From: the human T2T-CHM13v2.0 reference genome, Homo sapiens
Direction: 5' to 3' (one strand)
Assembly: GCF_009914755.1 (NCBI RefSeq)
Contig: NC_060935.1
Length of the DNA: 64,000 bases
Shown here: positions 44,821 through 58,849 of the stretch, in pieces
Layout of the letters: every line of letters starts with the position of its first letter
How positions within the stretch are numbered: position 1 is the first letter of the stretch
Notes under the pieces: generated by a model
The model's input: only the letters and a program-made list of their open reading frames with translations
Told to the model about the DNA's origin: nothing
Database searches by the model: none
Program-made: the position numbers and the translations under genes

Positions 44821-47800
44821 TGAAATTTCTAAAATTTGAATATGTCTTAGTGTAGGCTATCAGTCATAATTATGGTCATTATTTAAGCTATTTTAGAACA
44901 CAGAAGTAACCAAATTTTTTTGTCAGTTGTCTGTTACTATGACTATTTAAAGTCATTTCCATGATTAATTGTTTAATTCTGATGCAGTTTCTGAAAACCT
45001 CACAAGCACACAAAATCCTAGAATATGGTATCTTTTAGGAGGTTCATGAAAGGATAGAAAGGACCCTGAAAAGCACTCATTCTTGAATAAATACAGCTTT
45101 CTGATAACTTTAGAATCATATCATTTGGACTGGGTGAGAATTTCCTCAACTTTAATGAAAGGACTAACTGGTTTATAAAACTGCAAACCCAAGTAGAACA
45201 AAGAATAATTGAATAGCAAGAAAATACTTTGCCAGATTTTTATGCTACATCAGCCATTACTACAATTGTTTAGATATACAGTTTGAATGAACTCCATGGT
45301 CTGAGTCAATTTACTTACAATAACCCATCAGTTATCAGTGCTATGCACCTAAATTGGAGAAACAACTGATATTCAAGAGGACACAAGTTTAATGTTAAGC
45401 CTGGACTTGTGGAGAACCAGGAAAGCCACCTTGTCCTTCCTGAGTCCCTAAAGCTTTGTTGTTAAGAGTTCTGCATTCTGTGACTCATCATGCAAAAGAT
45501 AAAATGATCCAAATTAAATATATATTGGTGTGGTGACTTCTAAATTGCTGAAATAGTTTATGACCAATGTTTGGTTTGTCAAACCCATATTCCTAGGAAA
45601 ACAATCAAAGCTTCAGGTACATTTCACTACCTGATGGATCACTCAAACATTTATAGAGGGACTTCATACAATTGTCATTTTCAATGCATGGGTTTTGGTT
45701 GTATAAAAGTTTTCTCATACAAGAGGGCTGATGTTATAACAGTAGATTATTATGCTACAGTATATGTTCACCAGGTAAAGAAAGCTTTTTTATAGTTTGC
45801 TGACTGAGGACAATAAACCCCTTTACAATCTAGAACCCAAAGACTGGATCTTTTGAGAACATCAGAGAAATACTGCCCTTGTCATCCACACTGTAGCAAA
45901 ACTTCAATACCTTGAATCTTGGGTTCAAAATCTCACAACTCAGAAGGGTCCGTCCACACAAGTGAAATTGTACACTTCCCTTTGGAACCCTTAAGGTAAA
46001 GGTAACCAGGGATGTTTCTCCACAGAAGAAGATAGCATCTTTGATGTGAACAGCTTTTTCCCAAGATCACAGATGAAGATTTCTCTACTATCATGAGACT
46101 CTTATCTTTGAATCTTTTTTTCCCTTGCTTAAGTCTCTATGAACAATAGAAGTGAAATGGGAGTATGTTGTGTGCACTCATGGGGTATACTTTTATTTGT
46201 AAAGGATTTTGAAGCCAGCCTTATACATGGATAACCTAATACCTTGATAGATGGAAAACGAAGGCCCAAGGTAGATGAGAAATTTTAATGGTACATATGT
46301 TGCCTCAAAATCAGTCAGAAACAGAACATTGGTTCACTCCTTTTAACCTACCTCACAGGTTAAAGAGAACATTAAAAGTAGGCCCTTTACTAGAATGGCA
46401 TCATTTGTTAGGTCCTCTTTTTCCATGGTTTTAAGTAAAAGACGCAATGATTAGGAATGTATCCCTCATGATAGGCTCTATAGCAGATTCTATTGTATAG
46501 GTGATGATTATACAACAGACTTTAAATTCTCTTGTAAAAGTTATGCTAAATAATAGAATTGCTCTACATTACTTACTGGCTAAACAGAGAAGTATCTGTG
46601 TAGCTGCTGGCACTTGTGGCCTATGGAGAAATATATCACATCAGGTCTTATAGAGGGGATTAACAAAGAGACTGCTTAGTAAAGTGAGTAGACTTTTTAG
46701 CTCATTCTTTTATCTTTTTGATTTTAGGTGGTTTGGTTTAGGGGGAACCTGGGTAAGGAGCATACTCCAAACTCTTGGTATTATCCTCCTGATAATAGTA
46801 GTTTCCCTGGTGCACTGTATTATCTTAAAAATTTTAAATGTTTGCATGGAGCCATCCTTAGAATGTCAAATGGTGTCTCTTCAACTGGAATGACAAGACC
46901 TGAAAGAAATGTGTGACCATATGGGCACCGTAACTTATGAGAGACATGATGAGACTGGAAACCCAAAATGGTGGTAACTGAGAGTGGTGCTTAGGCCCTA
47001 AGTGTTTGTCGCAATCTCACCTGAGAACATGAACAAAAGTGGAAAATTTTTAAACAAAATTATGAGCGGTCATTGTTTTGGACTGAGCTTATGCACTAGG
47101 CCCCAACAGACCAGACTAAACCAAAATGGAGTCATTCATGCTAAATGTGACATAATTAAGCTAAGACTTTAAGGATACACTTAGATCCTAGAACACACCA
47201 GGTTTTGTTTTCTCTCCTGTAAAAAGGATGTTCCAGCATAAGGAGGTACCCTCTATTCTAACCCTTTCAAAAAAATGAATAAATAACCTGAAGTCCCTGT
47301 TCCCATCTTACAAAACCTACTGTTTTGCTATTTCCCAGTGGCTTTCAAGCCCAAATAAGTACATTTATAATGGTGAAACTGACATCAATTACTAAACTTT
47401 TTGTCCACCTTTAAAAATTGAGATGACCAAAGAGAGAAATTATTAAATCGAGTTTAACCTAAAGCTGCCTCATTACGTATTTTAACTTTGGCCAAAAGGT
47501 TTCTTTGTACATCACAAACTAGAACAAGTGGAGGTGTAAACAGACTGAAGCCTACATTTGTGCCAATCACCAAGTTTTGGCCAATCAAATGGAGCCAACT
47601 GTTTGAACCATGTTCAAACATGGCAAACACCAACCTATAACCAATTCAGCTATTTCTATACCTCACTTTTGTTTTCTGTATGTCATTTTCTTTTTCTATC
47701 CATAAATCTTCCACCATGTGGCTGCACTGGAATCTCAGAGCCTACTCTGGCTTCAGTGACTGCCCAATTTGCTAATCATTCTTTGCTTAACAAAATTCCT

Positions 47801-47835
47801 TTAAATTTAATTTGGCTGAAGTTTTTCTTTTATCA
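44821..47835 (+). mobile_element. 5'-truncated ERV1 provirus (MER57/MER4-group internal with env remnant) ending in a MER57-like 3' LTR (47441-47835)
   Basis: ISD-like LNNRIALHYLLAKQRSIC (46546-46599), TM anchor in ORF 46684-46893, purine tract before ttaaatcgagtttaacctaaagctgcc. Confidence 0.75.
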
Positions 47836-47987
47836 TGTGTCCTCCTCAATTTCTTTCATTTATGTTTTATAGTTTGCATGGTACAGCTCTTTCACTTCTT
47901 TGGTTAAGTTAATTCCTAAGTATTTAACTTTATTTGTAAATATTGCAGACTTTTTATTTTTACTTTTGAATTGATTGCTACTGACAT

Positions 47988-48558
47988 TGTAATCCAAAAA
48001 TAAAATTCAAATCCCCTTCCTCATCCCACAACCATCTGAATGGACTCCCTCCTAGGCCAGGGCACTCTAAAATTAACCTCAAAGACTGGATCAGGCCATG
48101 ACTGTAAGTGAGGGTCCTATGTGCCTCACTATACTCCTCCAGTATTAACATCAACACAGACTGTAGGTCTGATAAGTAACATTTACAATCTGTTCTAAAC
48201 CTGCTACCTGGAGGCTTCATCTGCATGATAAAACCTTGGTCTCCACAACTCCTTATCTTAACCCAGAAATTCCTTTCTATTGATAATAACTGTTTTAGAC
48301 AATTACCAATCAGAATATCTTTAAATCTATCTATGACCTTCCCCTTCTTCAAGTTGTTCCACTTTTCCACATTGAACCAATGTAAAAATATGATTGATGC
48401 ATTGTATCCATAAAATGTGTAAAACCAAGTTTTACCCTGACCACGTTGGGCATATGTCATCAGTACCTCCTGAGTCTGTGTCACAGGGGTGTCCTGAACC
48501 TTGGCAAAATAAACTTTCTAAATTGACTGAGACCTGTCATCAATATTTTCAGTTTGCA
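47988..48558 (+). mobile_element. MER4-group LTR, complete (copy 2)
   Basis: tgtaatccaaaaataaaattc ... aataaactttctaaattgactgagacc...tgca. Confidence 0.7.
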
Positions 48559-48571
48559 GTGTATAGAAATG

Positions 48572-49346
48572 GTCAAAAGAAAGAGTCAAACTCTGTAAGA
48601 TATTTGAAGAGATTTATTCAGGGCCAAATATGGGTGGCCATTGCCCATTACACAGCCCCCATGAGGTCCTGACAACATGTGCCCAAGGTGGTCAAGGCAG
48701 AGTTTGGTTTTTATACAGTTTAGGGAGGCATGAAACATCAATCAAATACTTTTAAGAAATACATTGGTTTGGTCCAAAATGGTGGGACAAGTCAAACAGT
48801 GGGAGGCAGCAGGTTTCAGGCTATAGGTAAATTTAAACATTTTCTGGTTGATAATTGGTTGAGTTTGTCTAAAGATCTGGAATCCATAGAAAGGAAATGT
48901 TCAGATTAAGATAAAAGATTGTGGAGACCAAGGTTCTTTTGAAGTCTTATAGTGTCTGCCCTTAGAGACAATAGATGACAAATGTTTCCTATTTAGATCT
49001 TTAAAAGGTGCTAGACTTTTAATTTATCTCATTAGGATTGGGAGGGCCTGGAAGAAAAAACATATATCTATGTTAATAGAGATTCTTTACAGATGGAAAT
49101 ATTCCTTTAAGGACAGCTTTACAGGGCCTTTCAAGATATGGCAAAGACATATGTTTTGGGGTAAAATATTTTGATTTTCTTCCTTGTTTCATAATGTTAT
49201 GCCAGAGTCAGTTTGGAAAGTAAGTTATGATACATAGGGTTAAATAAAACCCATCTGCTGAAAAATCTATGGTTTCTAGGACATGACTACCCAGATCATT
49301 TAGATAAGAATGTGGGCAAGATAAAACAATTAGAGCTTAGTCCTCA
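48572..49346 (-). mobile_element. MER4E-like solo LTR
   Basis: Minus strand begins TGAGGACTAAGCTC; AAAT flanks. Confidence 0.7.
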
Positions 49347-51094
49347 AAATGCTACTAATTTTTTATGTTGATTTTTTATCCTGCAACTTTATTGAATTTG
49401 TTATCAGCTTTTTAATTAGTTTTCTGGTGGAGTCTCTAGGTTTTTTCAAATATAAGGTCATATCGTCTGCAAATAAGAATAATTTGACTCCTTTCTTTTC
49501 AATTTAAATCCTCTTTATTTCTTTCTATTGTCTGATTTCTCCAGTTAGGACTTCCGGTACTATTTCAAATAATAATGTTGAACATGGGCATTCTTGTCGT
49601 GTTCTAGATCTTAGAGGAAAAACATTCAGTTTTTTTTGCCATTCAGTATGTTACTAGTTGTGGGTCTGACATACATGGCTTTTATTATATAGAGTTATGT
49701 TCCTCTTATACTCAGTTTTTGGAGGGTTTTTGTCATGAAGGGATGTTGAATTTTATCAAATCCTTTTTCAGTATCAATTGAAATGTTCATGTTTTTGGTC
49801 CTTCATTCTGTCAATATCATGTATCACTTTGATTGATTTGTGTATATCAAAAAATACTTGCATGCCTGGGATAATTCCCACTTCAACATAATCAATGATA
49901 TTTTTAAACCGTTGTTGAAATTGGTCTGCTAGTAGTTTGTTGAGAATTTTTGTATTGATGTTCATCAGGGATTTGACCTATAGCTTCTTTTTTGTTTGTT
50001 TGTTTGTTTGTTTCAATGGGTCTGTCTGGTTTTGGTATACTGGACTTGTAGAATGAGTTTGGAAGTACCCATCCTCTAGTTTTTGGAATAGTTAAGTAGG
50101 ATTGGTATTAGTTCTTCTTTAAACATTTTGGTAAATGTAAAATTTATGACAAATATAGCAAAAGGAATGGGAGAGATCTGACTTTACTCTAAAGGTCTTA
50201 TGTGAAAAGTTGAGATATAGATTATTTTAGGTAAACTATAATACATAAAACATGTTTTTATAATCCAGGGTCAACACTAAGAAGACAGAAGAGAAATATA
50301 ACCAATATCAGGAATGAAATAAGGTATTTTACTCTGGTCCCTACAAATATGACAAGGAAAATAAGAACATTATAAACAACATTTTGCTAATAAAATTGAC
50401 AATTAAATGAAAAATACAAATGAAAAATGTAAAGAAGCTTACATCAGAAGAAAGGGGTAACCAGGGTAGTCCTATGTCTACTTAAAAAATTGAATATGTT
50501 CTAAAAACCATCCATATGAACACAACGTTTGGAATTGTCTTCCTTACTGTCAAAAAATCTCACCTTTCTCTCAGACTAGAATGTGGGCAAAGTACTAGAT
50601 TAACTCTCTTCAACAACATAGAAGAAGACATCAGGGAGATAATAGAGCAATAACATAGAAGAACCTGTGTCCTAAGATTGCCTTGTGAAAAACAGCTCCC
50701 CACAAAGTCTAGTCAGGTCAAGAGTAATAAGAATAAAACAAAGAACACTCTGCAGGTTATATTTAAGGATACTTTGTTGTTGTTGGGTCACTCTGTTTCT
50801 GAATCCTTTTTTTTTTCTTTAACATCAGAAAAGCCTGTATCCTGATTAAATACAAATTCTCTCCCCAGCACCATCCCATCATCTGATAAACTGTTCTTTC
50901 CTTTATTGAGTGCTTTTTCTGTAAATAGGACTGTACCTATACATCTGAGATTTAGCTAGTACTGCCAAAATCATACTCTCCTCTATCAACAGCCCTAGAG
51001 AATGTTTATCAGCAGCATATCCCTTTTAATAACCTCTATTATTTTGTTAATGCCTTTAATAGGGTGTAAGGGATTTTTTTTTGTTAAGAAAAGA

Positions 51095-51535
51095 ATCCTA
51101 AATGCCCATCAATCAATGAGTGGAGAAAATATTGCTCTATGTGTATATATTCCATATATATGGATATATGATGGAATACTACTCAGCCATAAAAAGGAAT
51201 GAATTAATGGCTTTAACAGCAATCTGGATGGAACTGGAGACTATTATTCTAAGTGAAGTAACTCAGGAATGGAAAACCAAACATTGTATGTTCTCACTTA
51301 TAAGTGGGAGCTAAGCTATGCAGATGCAAAGGCATAAGAATTACACAATGGACTTTGGGGACTTGAGGGAGAGGGTAAGAGGGGGGTAAGGGATAAAAGA
51401 CTACAACTGGGTTCAGTGTATACTGTTCTGGAGATGGGTGCACCAAAATCTCACAAATCACCACTAAAAAGCTTGCTCATGTAACCAAATACCACCTGTT
51501 CCCCAAAAAATGTATGGAAATAAAAATTTTTTAAA
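51095..51535 (+). mobile_element. L1PB 3' end
   Basis: gggtgcaccaaaatctcacaaatcaccactaaa. Confidence 0.8.
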
Positions 51536-54500
51536 AAATCATGCAGTTATCTGTGGGAAGGAAGCTTCAGGAAGAAGAGAAAATGGAAAACTTCAGGCAG
51601 TGTTAGTAATACTATTTACAGCGAAGAGCTGGGAGATAATGGAATAGAGACAAAGTAAGTGTGACAGGTGGAATAATAAGAAATAAGTTCATAGACTTAA
51701 GAATTGAGGACATCATTTTCAACCAATGAACACTTATAAAGTTCTTGGTTTTTATTTTTAGTGTGAGGAAATACTGTATAGGGTTTGTGAAGAGAAATGA
51801 TATAATCCAACCTACTATTTAACAGTATAACTCTGGCTCCTATATAGAGATTCAACTCAAGAGGAATAAGAATAAAATTACATGCATGCTACCACACTAC
51901 AGCAATAATTCTGACACTAAAAAGACAGTTATCTGGGCCAGGATGGTAGCAAAAAATGTGTTCAGACACCAAATGTATTCCATATTTAGAAGAACTTTAA
52001 TATATTAATTGAATGGAAGTAAAGTGTGTTTAATAAAAATAAAATTCCAAGATAATTCTTTTTTTTTCGGTGGGGAGAGAGCATGTTTTCTTAGTATTGC
52101 ATTAAATGTCTATGAGCTGATGATACAAAAGAAAAGCAAACACAAGGACATGGGTATAGATTCTTACTAATTGATGAAAACCATTCAAACTGCAAACACA
52201 GTTTGCAGATATTAATTGCAAAAGTCTGAGACAAACACTTTCCGAGATGTGAGTGTATCAATAGGATTCTGATGTTACCAGGACTACTTTGATATTCCTT
52301 TGCATTTGTTTTCTGCATTAGCCTGAAATTCCCCCATTGAAGTTGCTGGAACCACTGACTATCCCGTCCTCTCTAGAACTTCAGTTTAAATAATCAGAAG
52401 TACATTTGCTTCCCAGGCTGCACTTCTGCTTATTGTTCAACTTTCAAAGGGCAAAGTGTCCTTTTCTGAATATTTGATCGAATGCCCAGAATTTAAAATG
52501 ATTTCTCCACCTCTCTGACTTGTGGCTGAGAAAGCTGTCACTCGCAGACAGTTCTCCCTAAGATGTGTGTCTATATCTGAAACAGTTACAGAAAGCCTCT
52601 CCTGGCCACATAGAGTTGAAAGAAATAGTTAGGCTTGTAAGAAAAGTTATTGAAAGGTGACAAGAATTACATAATAATATGAGCTGAGTGTACAAATGAG
52701 TCCTCAGGAGAGGAGGGCAGTGTCCTCACTTCAAGCCAAGTAAAGGCCCCAGGCCCACCCATTGCTGGCTTGAATGCTCTGTTTCAGCTTAAGCTAAAGC
52801 CTATATTTACCCAGTTCTGGAGCTCCTCTGTGTTTTATTTACTTTTTAAAAATTCTTAATTTGACTTTTTTTGTGGGTACATAATAGATACATATTTAGA
52901 GTATATGAGATAATTTGATGCAGGAAGACAATGCATAATAATCACATTACTTCAACATAATTCTTAAATCTTTGCTTGACCAAGTAAAGGGTGGTTTTCC
53001 ATTAATGTGTGATTAAAATTTAGATATTGCTAGTACTGACCTGGCAGTTAAATTATAATGATAAAGTATGTTAATTATATATCTAAAGCCCATTGAATAT
53101 TGTCTGAACAGTGCTCAGAAAAAAAAATTATTATTATTTTCATCTAGCCATCATTATTTGAAAGAAAAAATAGCTGTTCATATTTTGCTATGCTGAATTA
53201 CAGGGTTTTTTTGTATTTATGTTATATGGCACTTTGGCATGACACTATGAATCAGAGGACTATGCCTTAAATTAGACAATATCTTACATAAAATATAGTT
53301 TACATCACTATAATAGCGAAAGTATAAGTCAAATGTGAACAGTCTAAATCTTTCATATTGCACATAGATTATTGTATACTTTTCTATAATATTATGTGAA
53401 TACATTTTAGCTTATACAATGAAGAGGATAAGGTAGTCCTAATTAAAATAGAATTTAAGCAATTTCTCAGCATAAGTGTTGTCTACAAAGTGATAGATTC
53501 TGTTGGCCATCTTTGTAACTCAAATTGACAGGATCCATTTTCTAAATCATAGAAATAGACATAAATGAAAGCAAGATAAAACCATAGCTTATAAAAATGA
53601 CTAGAAAAATGGAAAGAGCCTATAAATACATGAAATTATATCATGCATTTATAAGATGAGAATGAGCCAAAAAACATATTATTAAACAATAAATTCCTAC
53701 TACATACTTGTTTCTAATTGCAAACGAAAACAAATAGGGGAACCTATAAATATATATTCTGGACGACATGGATATCAAAGCAAAAATTAGATCATAATAA
53801 TTTTATATAGCATTAGTATTTGATAAGGCAAAGTTTTGAAATAAATTAAGAAAGTAGAGGAAATAATATATATTTAAAAGATCTGAATAAGTTAGTTGAC
53901 AGTTTGAATTACTGAAAAAACATTAAAATATTAACTCAAAATGGAGGTTACATTCTATTTTAAACATCCATAAAGCACTTAAAAAACAAAGAGGACAATT
54001 TTACAAAGAAAACAAATTTCAAAAGGTAAAAAAAAATTGCTTGAATGAAAACAATCTAGTAACTGTTACAAAAATTTAAATAAAAAATCAAATACTTGGA
54101 AAATGGAAAATAGCTTCTAAAATAACCTTTAAATAGCACAGAAAAACAATACTGTGATTCCAGAATACGTAAAAGAAAAATTTAAAAATAAAAGACCTTT
54201 TATCACTCTGCCTGACTAAAGTTTATGAGATGTCACAACATCTGAATTCATCGTCAATTCTTTGCTTTACAACTTTTCTGTATTAAGAAATGTAAAAATC
54301 AATGAATAAAGCATTTAATTCAAGGATTTATTTTTAAAACTAAAACTTGTACACATCAGGAGCAAGGCAATGATTTTTAAAAACACACAGAATTTTAACA
54401 AAGAAACAGTTTGACTCTTTACAGAAGTCAAGTTTTCAAATGTTTAACACACAAAAGAGATATCACTGCATGTAGATTTTTAATGTGGTGAGTTAATATT

Positions 54501-55483
54501 TCAAGTCCAAAACATTGTGAAATGAGTCTTGATTTTGCCTATGTACCAAGAAAAAATTTATATTAGCGTTGTCAATGACAAAGAGATTATCCAATGTTAA
54601 ACTTGTAAATGGATACAGAAAGCTGAAAATCAGTACACAGAAAGTGATATTTAGTTTACATATGTTATACACATGCACATATTCAAAACTATTGATCTCG
54701 AAGAACATGCACAAAACTCGATATTTGTTTTTCTTAAACTGAAAACAAGTTTATTAGAAAAATAAAGAAACAAAAGAATGGCTATGCCATAAGCAAAACA
54801 GCCAAAACTCAATATTTTGAGGGTTTCTATTTTCCTTAATATTTTATAATATTTTTCAAATTTTCTCTAACAATATATGCTATTTTATTATAACTTAATT
54901 TTATCAAAATATTTTATTTCCTAAAGTCCAAATTGTGAACTACTGATATTATCTTTTTTTTTCCTTTTTAGTTGCTTGTGTGCCTGTAAATTAAATTAAC
55001 CAAAAGTAATTTGTAAAACACAAGTGAATATCCTTCACAAAAGGCATTGTGCTGGAATGCAAGTCTTCTAATGAGAATAGGCAGCATTGATTATTGTCAC
55101 CTTAAATACTTTACAGCTACTCTCTGATCAAATTTGGAGTTATTATTTATCTTGTGCACTTAAGGAAAGAGAGTTTTAAATTTTAGGTAACATATTCTGG
55201 GTTGTATAGCTGAAAATGTAGCATATTTAGAATCTAACTCTTGGAAAACTTTATTTCAAAACAGTACTCCTAAAGACTCTGTTATAATTCTTCCCCATAT
55301 AATAAATGAAATAACTTCTGAGACTGTTATCACTGTGCCCCAAATCGTTGTTTTCCATAATAAATTTACCTACAACTGAAGTATGCATAGGAATTTGTGT
55401 AATATAATTTTAAAGGACAACCATATTTTCTTATTTTCCACATCAGTTGCTTCTAAAAACATATATTTAGACTGTAAATATGA

Positions 55484-55851
<368 letters not shown>

Positions 55852-56021
55852 TGAAAACATACACCTTGAAATGTTCAAGATCACGTTTAGTCAAGCAAAG
55901 GTTAGCACAACAGAAATGCAAACATGAAGGATTCAATTGTTTTTATAGGGAGACCAAGGACATACCAAATAGAAAAGAAAGAAAAGATGAGTTTAAATGT
56001 TCAGCATTCCTGCTATTTTAA

Positions 56022-56957
56022 TTACCTGGAGTCCTGTCTTCTCTGCATGACTCTAATGAGAGCATTTTTAACTTCTTTGTTTCTAAGACTATAAATGAGT
56101 GGATTCAGCATGGGAATCACAATAGTATAAAAAACAGAAGCCACTTGATCCCTTCCCAAAGAATAAGACTTTCTTGGTTTTAAATAAGTAAAAATCATAG
56201 TTCCATAAAAGATGGTGACTCCCAAGAGATGAGAGGCACAAGTAGACAAAGCTTTCTGCTTTCCTGAAGTGGAATTAATTTTCAGGATGGTAGAGAGAAT
56301 GGACACATAGGATGCAGATATTGTGATAAGGGACACCATCAGGGTGGAACCAGCTAAAATGTGTATCATGATTTCAATGTCGTATGTGTCCATGCAGGAC
56401 AGAGCTAAAATTGGAGACGTGTCGCAGAAAAAGTGACGAACTACATTTGAGTCGCAGAAATGCAGTCTGCTCATCCAAACCACATTGACAAAGGAGTTGA
56501 TAAAGCTAATCACATAGGGCCCAGTGACAAGAGCGCAACACAGCCTTTTGGACATAATAACTGGGTAACGTAGAGGACTGCAGATAGCTACGTAGCGATC
56601 ATAGGCCATTGATGAGAGAAGAAAACATTCAGCAGCTCCCAAGAAGACAAAAAAGAACATCTGGGCAAAGCAGCCCATGAAGGAAATATAGTTGGAAGTC
56701 AGTAAGTTCGCTAAGGTTTTAGGTGTGATGACAGTTGAGTAACTGAGGTCAATAAATGACAAGTGAGTAAGGAAAAAATACATGGGAGTGTGAAGCTGGA
56801 GGTCCAGGCGGATTATCAATATCATCCCCACATTGCCCAGCATAGTAATTAGGTATATCAGGAGAAATAGTATAAAGAGGGCCATCTGGACCTCTTCAGA
56901 ATCTGACAGTCCCGTAAGGATGAAGTCAGGCACATTTGTGTTATTTCTTCTACCCAT
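56022..56957 (-). CDS. OR8H1: Olfactory receptor family 8 subfamily H member 1 (311 aa from ATG 56957; the ORF track extends it to a TTG)
   Basis: MGRRNNTNV start, [44 protein letters not shown]. Confidence 0.93.
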   Translation of the reverse strand: MGRRNNTNVPDFILTGLSDSEEVQMALFILFLLIYLITMLGNVGMILIIRLDLQLHTPMYFFLTHLSFIDLSYSTVITPKTLANLLTSNYISFMGCFAQMFFFVFLGAAECFLLSSMAYDRYVAICSPLRYPVIMSKRLCCALVTGPYVISFINSFVNVVWMSRLHFCDSNVVRHFFCDTSPILALSCMDTYDIEIMIHILAGSTLMVSLITISASYVSILSTILKINSTSGKQKALSTCASHLLGVTIFYGTMIFTYLKPRKSYSLGRDQVASVFYTIVIPMLNPLIYSLRNKEVKNALIRVMQRRQDSR

Positions 56958-57840
56958 GATGTTCAATTGCTTTAAACTGCTGAGAAATCAAAGTTGATAC
57001 TTAACATGAATGACTTCAAAAGGTTTCTGATTATACAATAACCTAGCATTTAATTCATTTAGTGTTTCTATAAATTGCTAATACATTTATAGAATGTGAC
57101 CTTAAAACAGAATTATATTGCCAATGTAGATAAAAGTGTAAATTAACATTTAGATGTGATATAATAAAATGTAACATATTGCATAATTAGAATGAACCTG
57201 ACCTTGTTCTGAATGCCTTCCTTTATTAATACATTTAAACCACAAGAAAATACTATGCCATAGATACTACTATTATCGACATATTTTAGCCGAGAAAAAA
57301 AGAGTATGGAAGGTTTGAGTAACTTATCCAAAGTCAGAACAATTAAATGTTGACGCTGATTCTGCCAACATATGTTGACTTCAGAGAGAAGGCTTATAAT
57401 ACTATACTCCTGTTTATAAATAATTTCAGAAAACCTGAGAAAGAGCTAAACATGTAATAAACAATGAGAGGAAACAGTTTTTAATAGATTATTTACTGCC
57501 CCTTTGTTTCTAATATTATTTAATGGTAATATTAAATAAATTTCACACTTAAGGATTTTAGCAGGATACATTAAAATTATAGACCATATATAAGTATTAA
57601 TTTATACAAATATGATGTTTTAGTAACTTAACCAATCAAAATCAAATTTCTTCCAAAAATTATATGATCAAAATATGTACTTTGCTTGTAGACTCTGATT
57701 CCATCAACTCTACATATCTCTTTTCACAAACCCGGACATTACTCAGGGTAAGGACTAGATGACATGTATATGTATATTCTTATGATAAAGTCCTGAATTA
57801 ATTTCATCTGAAATAAAATCTTCCAATTTTGAGAATAATA

Positions 57841-58240
57841 CTTACCGTGTCTGAGCCAAAGTTGGTGAAAAAGCTTTCTTCTCATATTATCTGTCTAGAA
57901 ATTTGTCAACCTCAATTTTTCTTATAAATAAAATATGAAAACCATTTAAGGAGATAAAATTTTCTCCGATATAATATTTGTTTTCCTTGAGATAAGTTGT
58001 TTTTACATTTTTGTGCATTCATTTTGTTTTATTCTGTGTCAAAAAACCAACCTAGAAATTTCGTTTAGGTCCTGGTCAAATGGAAAGATTACCAGGAAGT
58101 TGTGTGTCAAAAGAACACTGGGAATCTCTGTGACTATAGGTAGATTATTCTTTACCTCTCACTCTGATAATTCCAGAGTACCTAATATATGAGGGGCTGA
58201 TGATAATGCACCTTTTGGTAGTCCCTGTGGACCAATTTCC
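57841..58240 (-). promoter_or_regulatory. Candidate OR8H1 upstream exon/promoter region
   Basis: Strong donor ACG|GTAAGT at 57846/57845, O/E-like TCCCTGTGGA 58222-58231; matching acceptor TTTCTCAGCAG at 56977-56987, about 20 nt upstream of the ATG. Confidence 0.4.
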
Positions 58241-58543
58241 AATGAAGAATTGCTTGGTATGTTTCCAAGGATAAAGGTGCAAGGAATAAAACAGCCACGA
58301 TAGATTTTGAGCAAAGGTTTTCCTTTTTACCTTACAAGCCACACAAATGAAGGAAATTATGGATTGGTCTTTTCTTGTGATGTTTTCAATATTTTACTGG
58401 GATGGTGGAGAAGCCATTTCCAGAAAAATAATTATTCTCTGACACCATCAAAGATGGAATAACACATTTTTTTCAATTAAAATTTTGTATATTTAAATGT
58501 ATGATACTATCATAGAAGTAAACATGTTAATTAGAAAAGAATC

Positions 58544-58849
58544 GGCCGGGCGCGGTGGCTCACGCCTGTAATCCCAGCACTTTGGGAGGCGAAGGCGGGC
58601 GGATCACGAGGTCAGTAGATCGAGACCATACTGGCTAACACGGTGAAACCCCGTCTCTACTAAAAATACAAAAAATTAGCTGGGCACCGTGGCGGGCGCC
58701 TGTAGTCCCAGCTACTCAGGAGGCTGAGGCAGGAGAATGGCGTGAACCCTGGAGGCGGAGCTTGCAGTGAGCCGAGACAGTGCCACTGCAGTCCGGCCTG
58801 GGCAAAAGAGCGAGACTCTGTCTCAAAAAAAAAAAAAAAAAAAAAAAAA
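58544..58849 (+). mobile_element. Young AluY-type element
   Basis: CpG-rich, long pure poly-A, TSD aaaagaatc. Confidence 0.92.

Larger units (their letters stand above)
42885..50125 (-). mobile_element. L1 ORF2 fragment serving as host for LTR13, MER4 LTRs and the MER57 ERV
   Basis: L1 pieces at 42885-43000, 44008-44378, 47836-47987, 49347-50125 (RT peptide ORF 49774-49965). Confidence 0.7.

Noticed and set aside
52200-52820. Unique, slightly GC-richer block with weak O/E-like motifs (tcctcaggaga) as a possible enhancer
   Set aside because: Motifs are weak with no adjacent homeodomain composite; cannot be supported from sequence alone
56958-56966. MNI N-terminal extension of OR8H1
   Set aside because: Begins at TTG; the first ATG is at 56957
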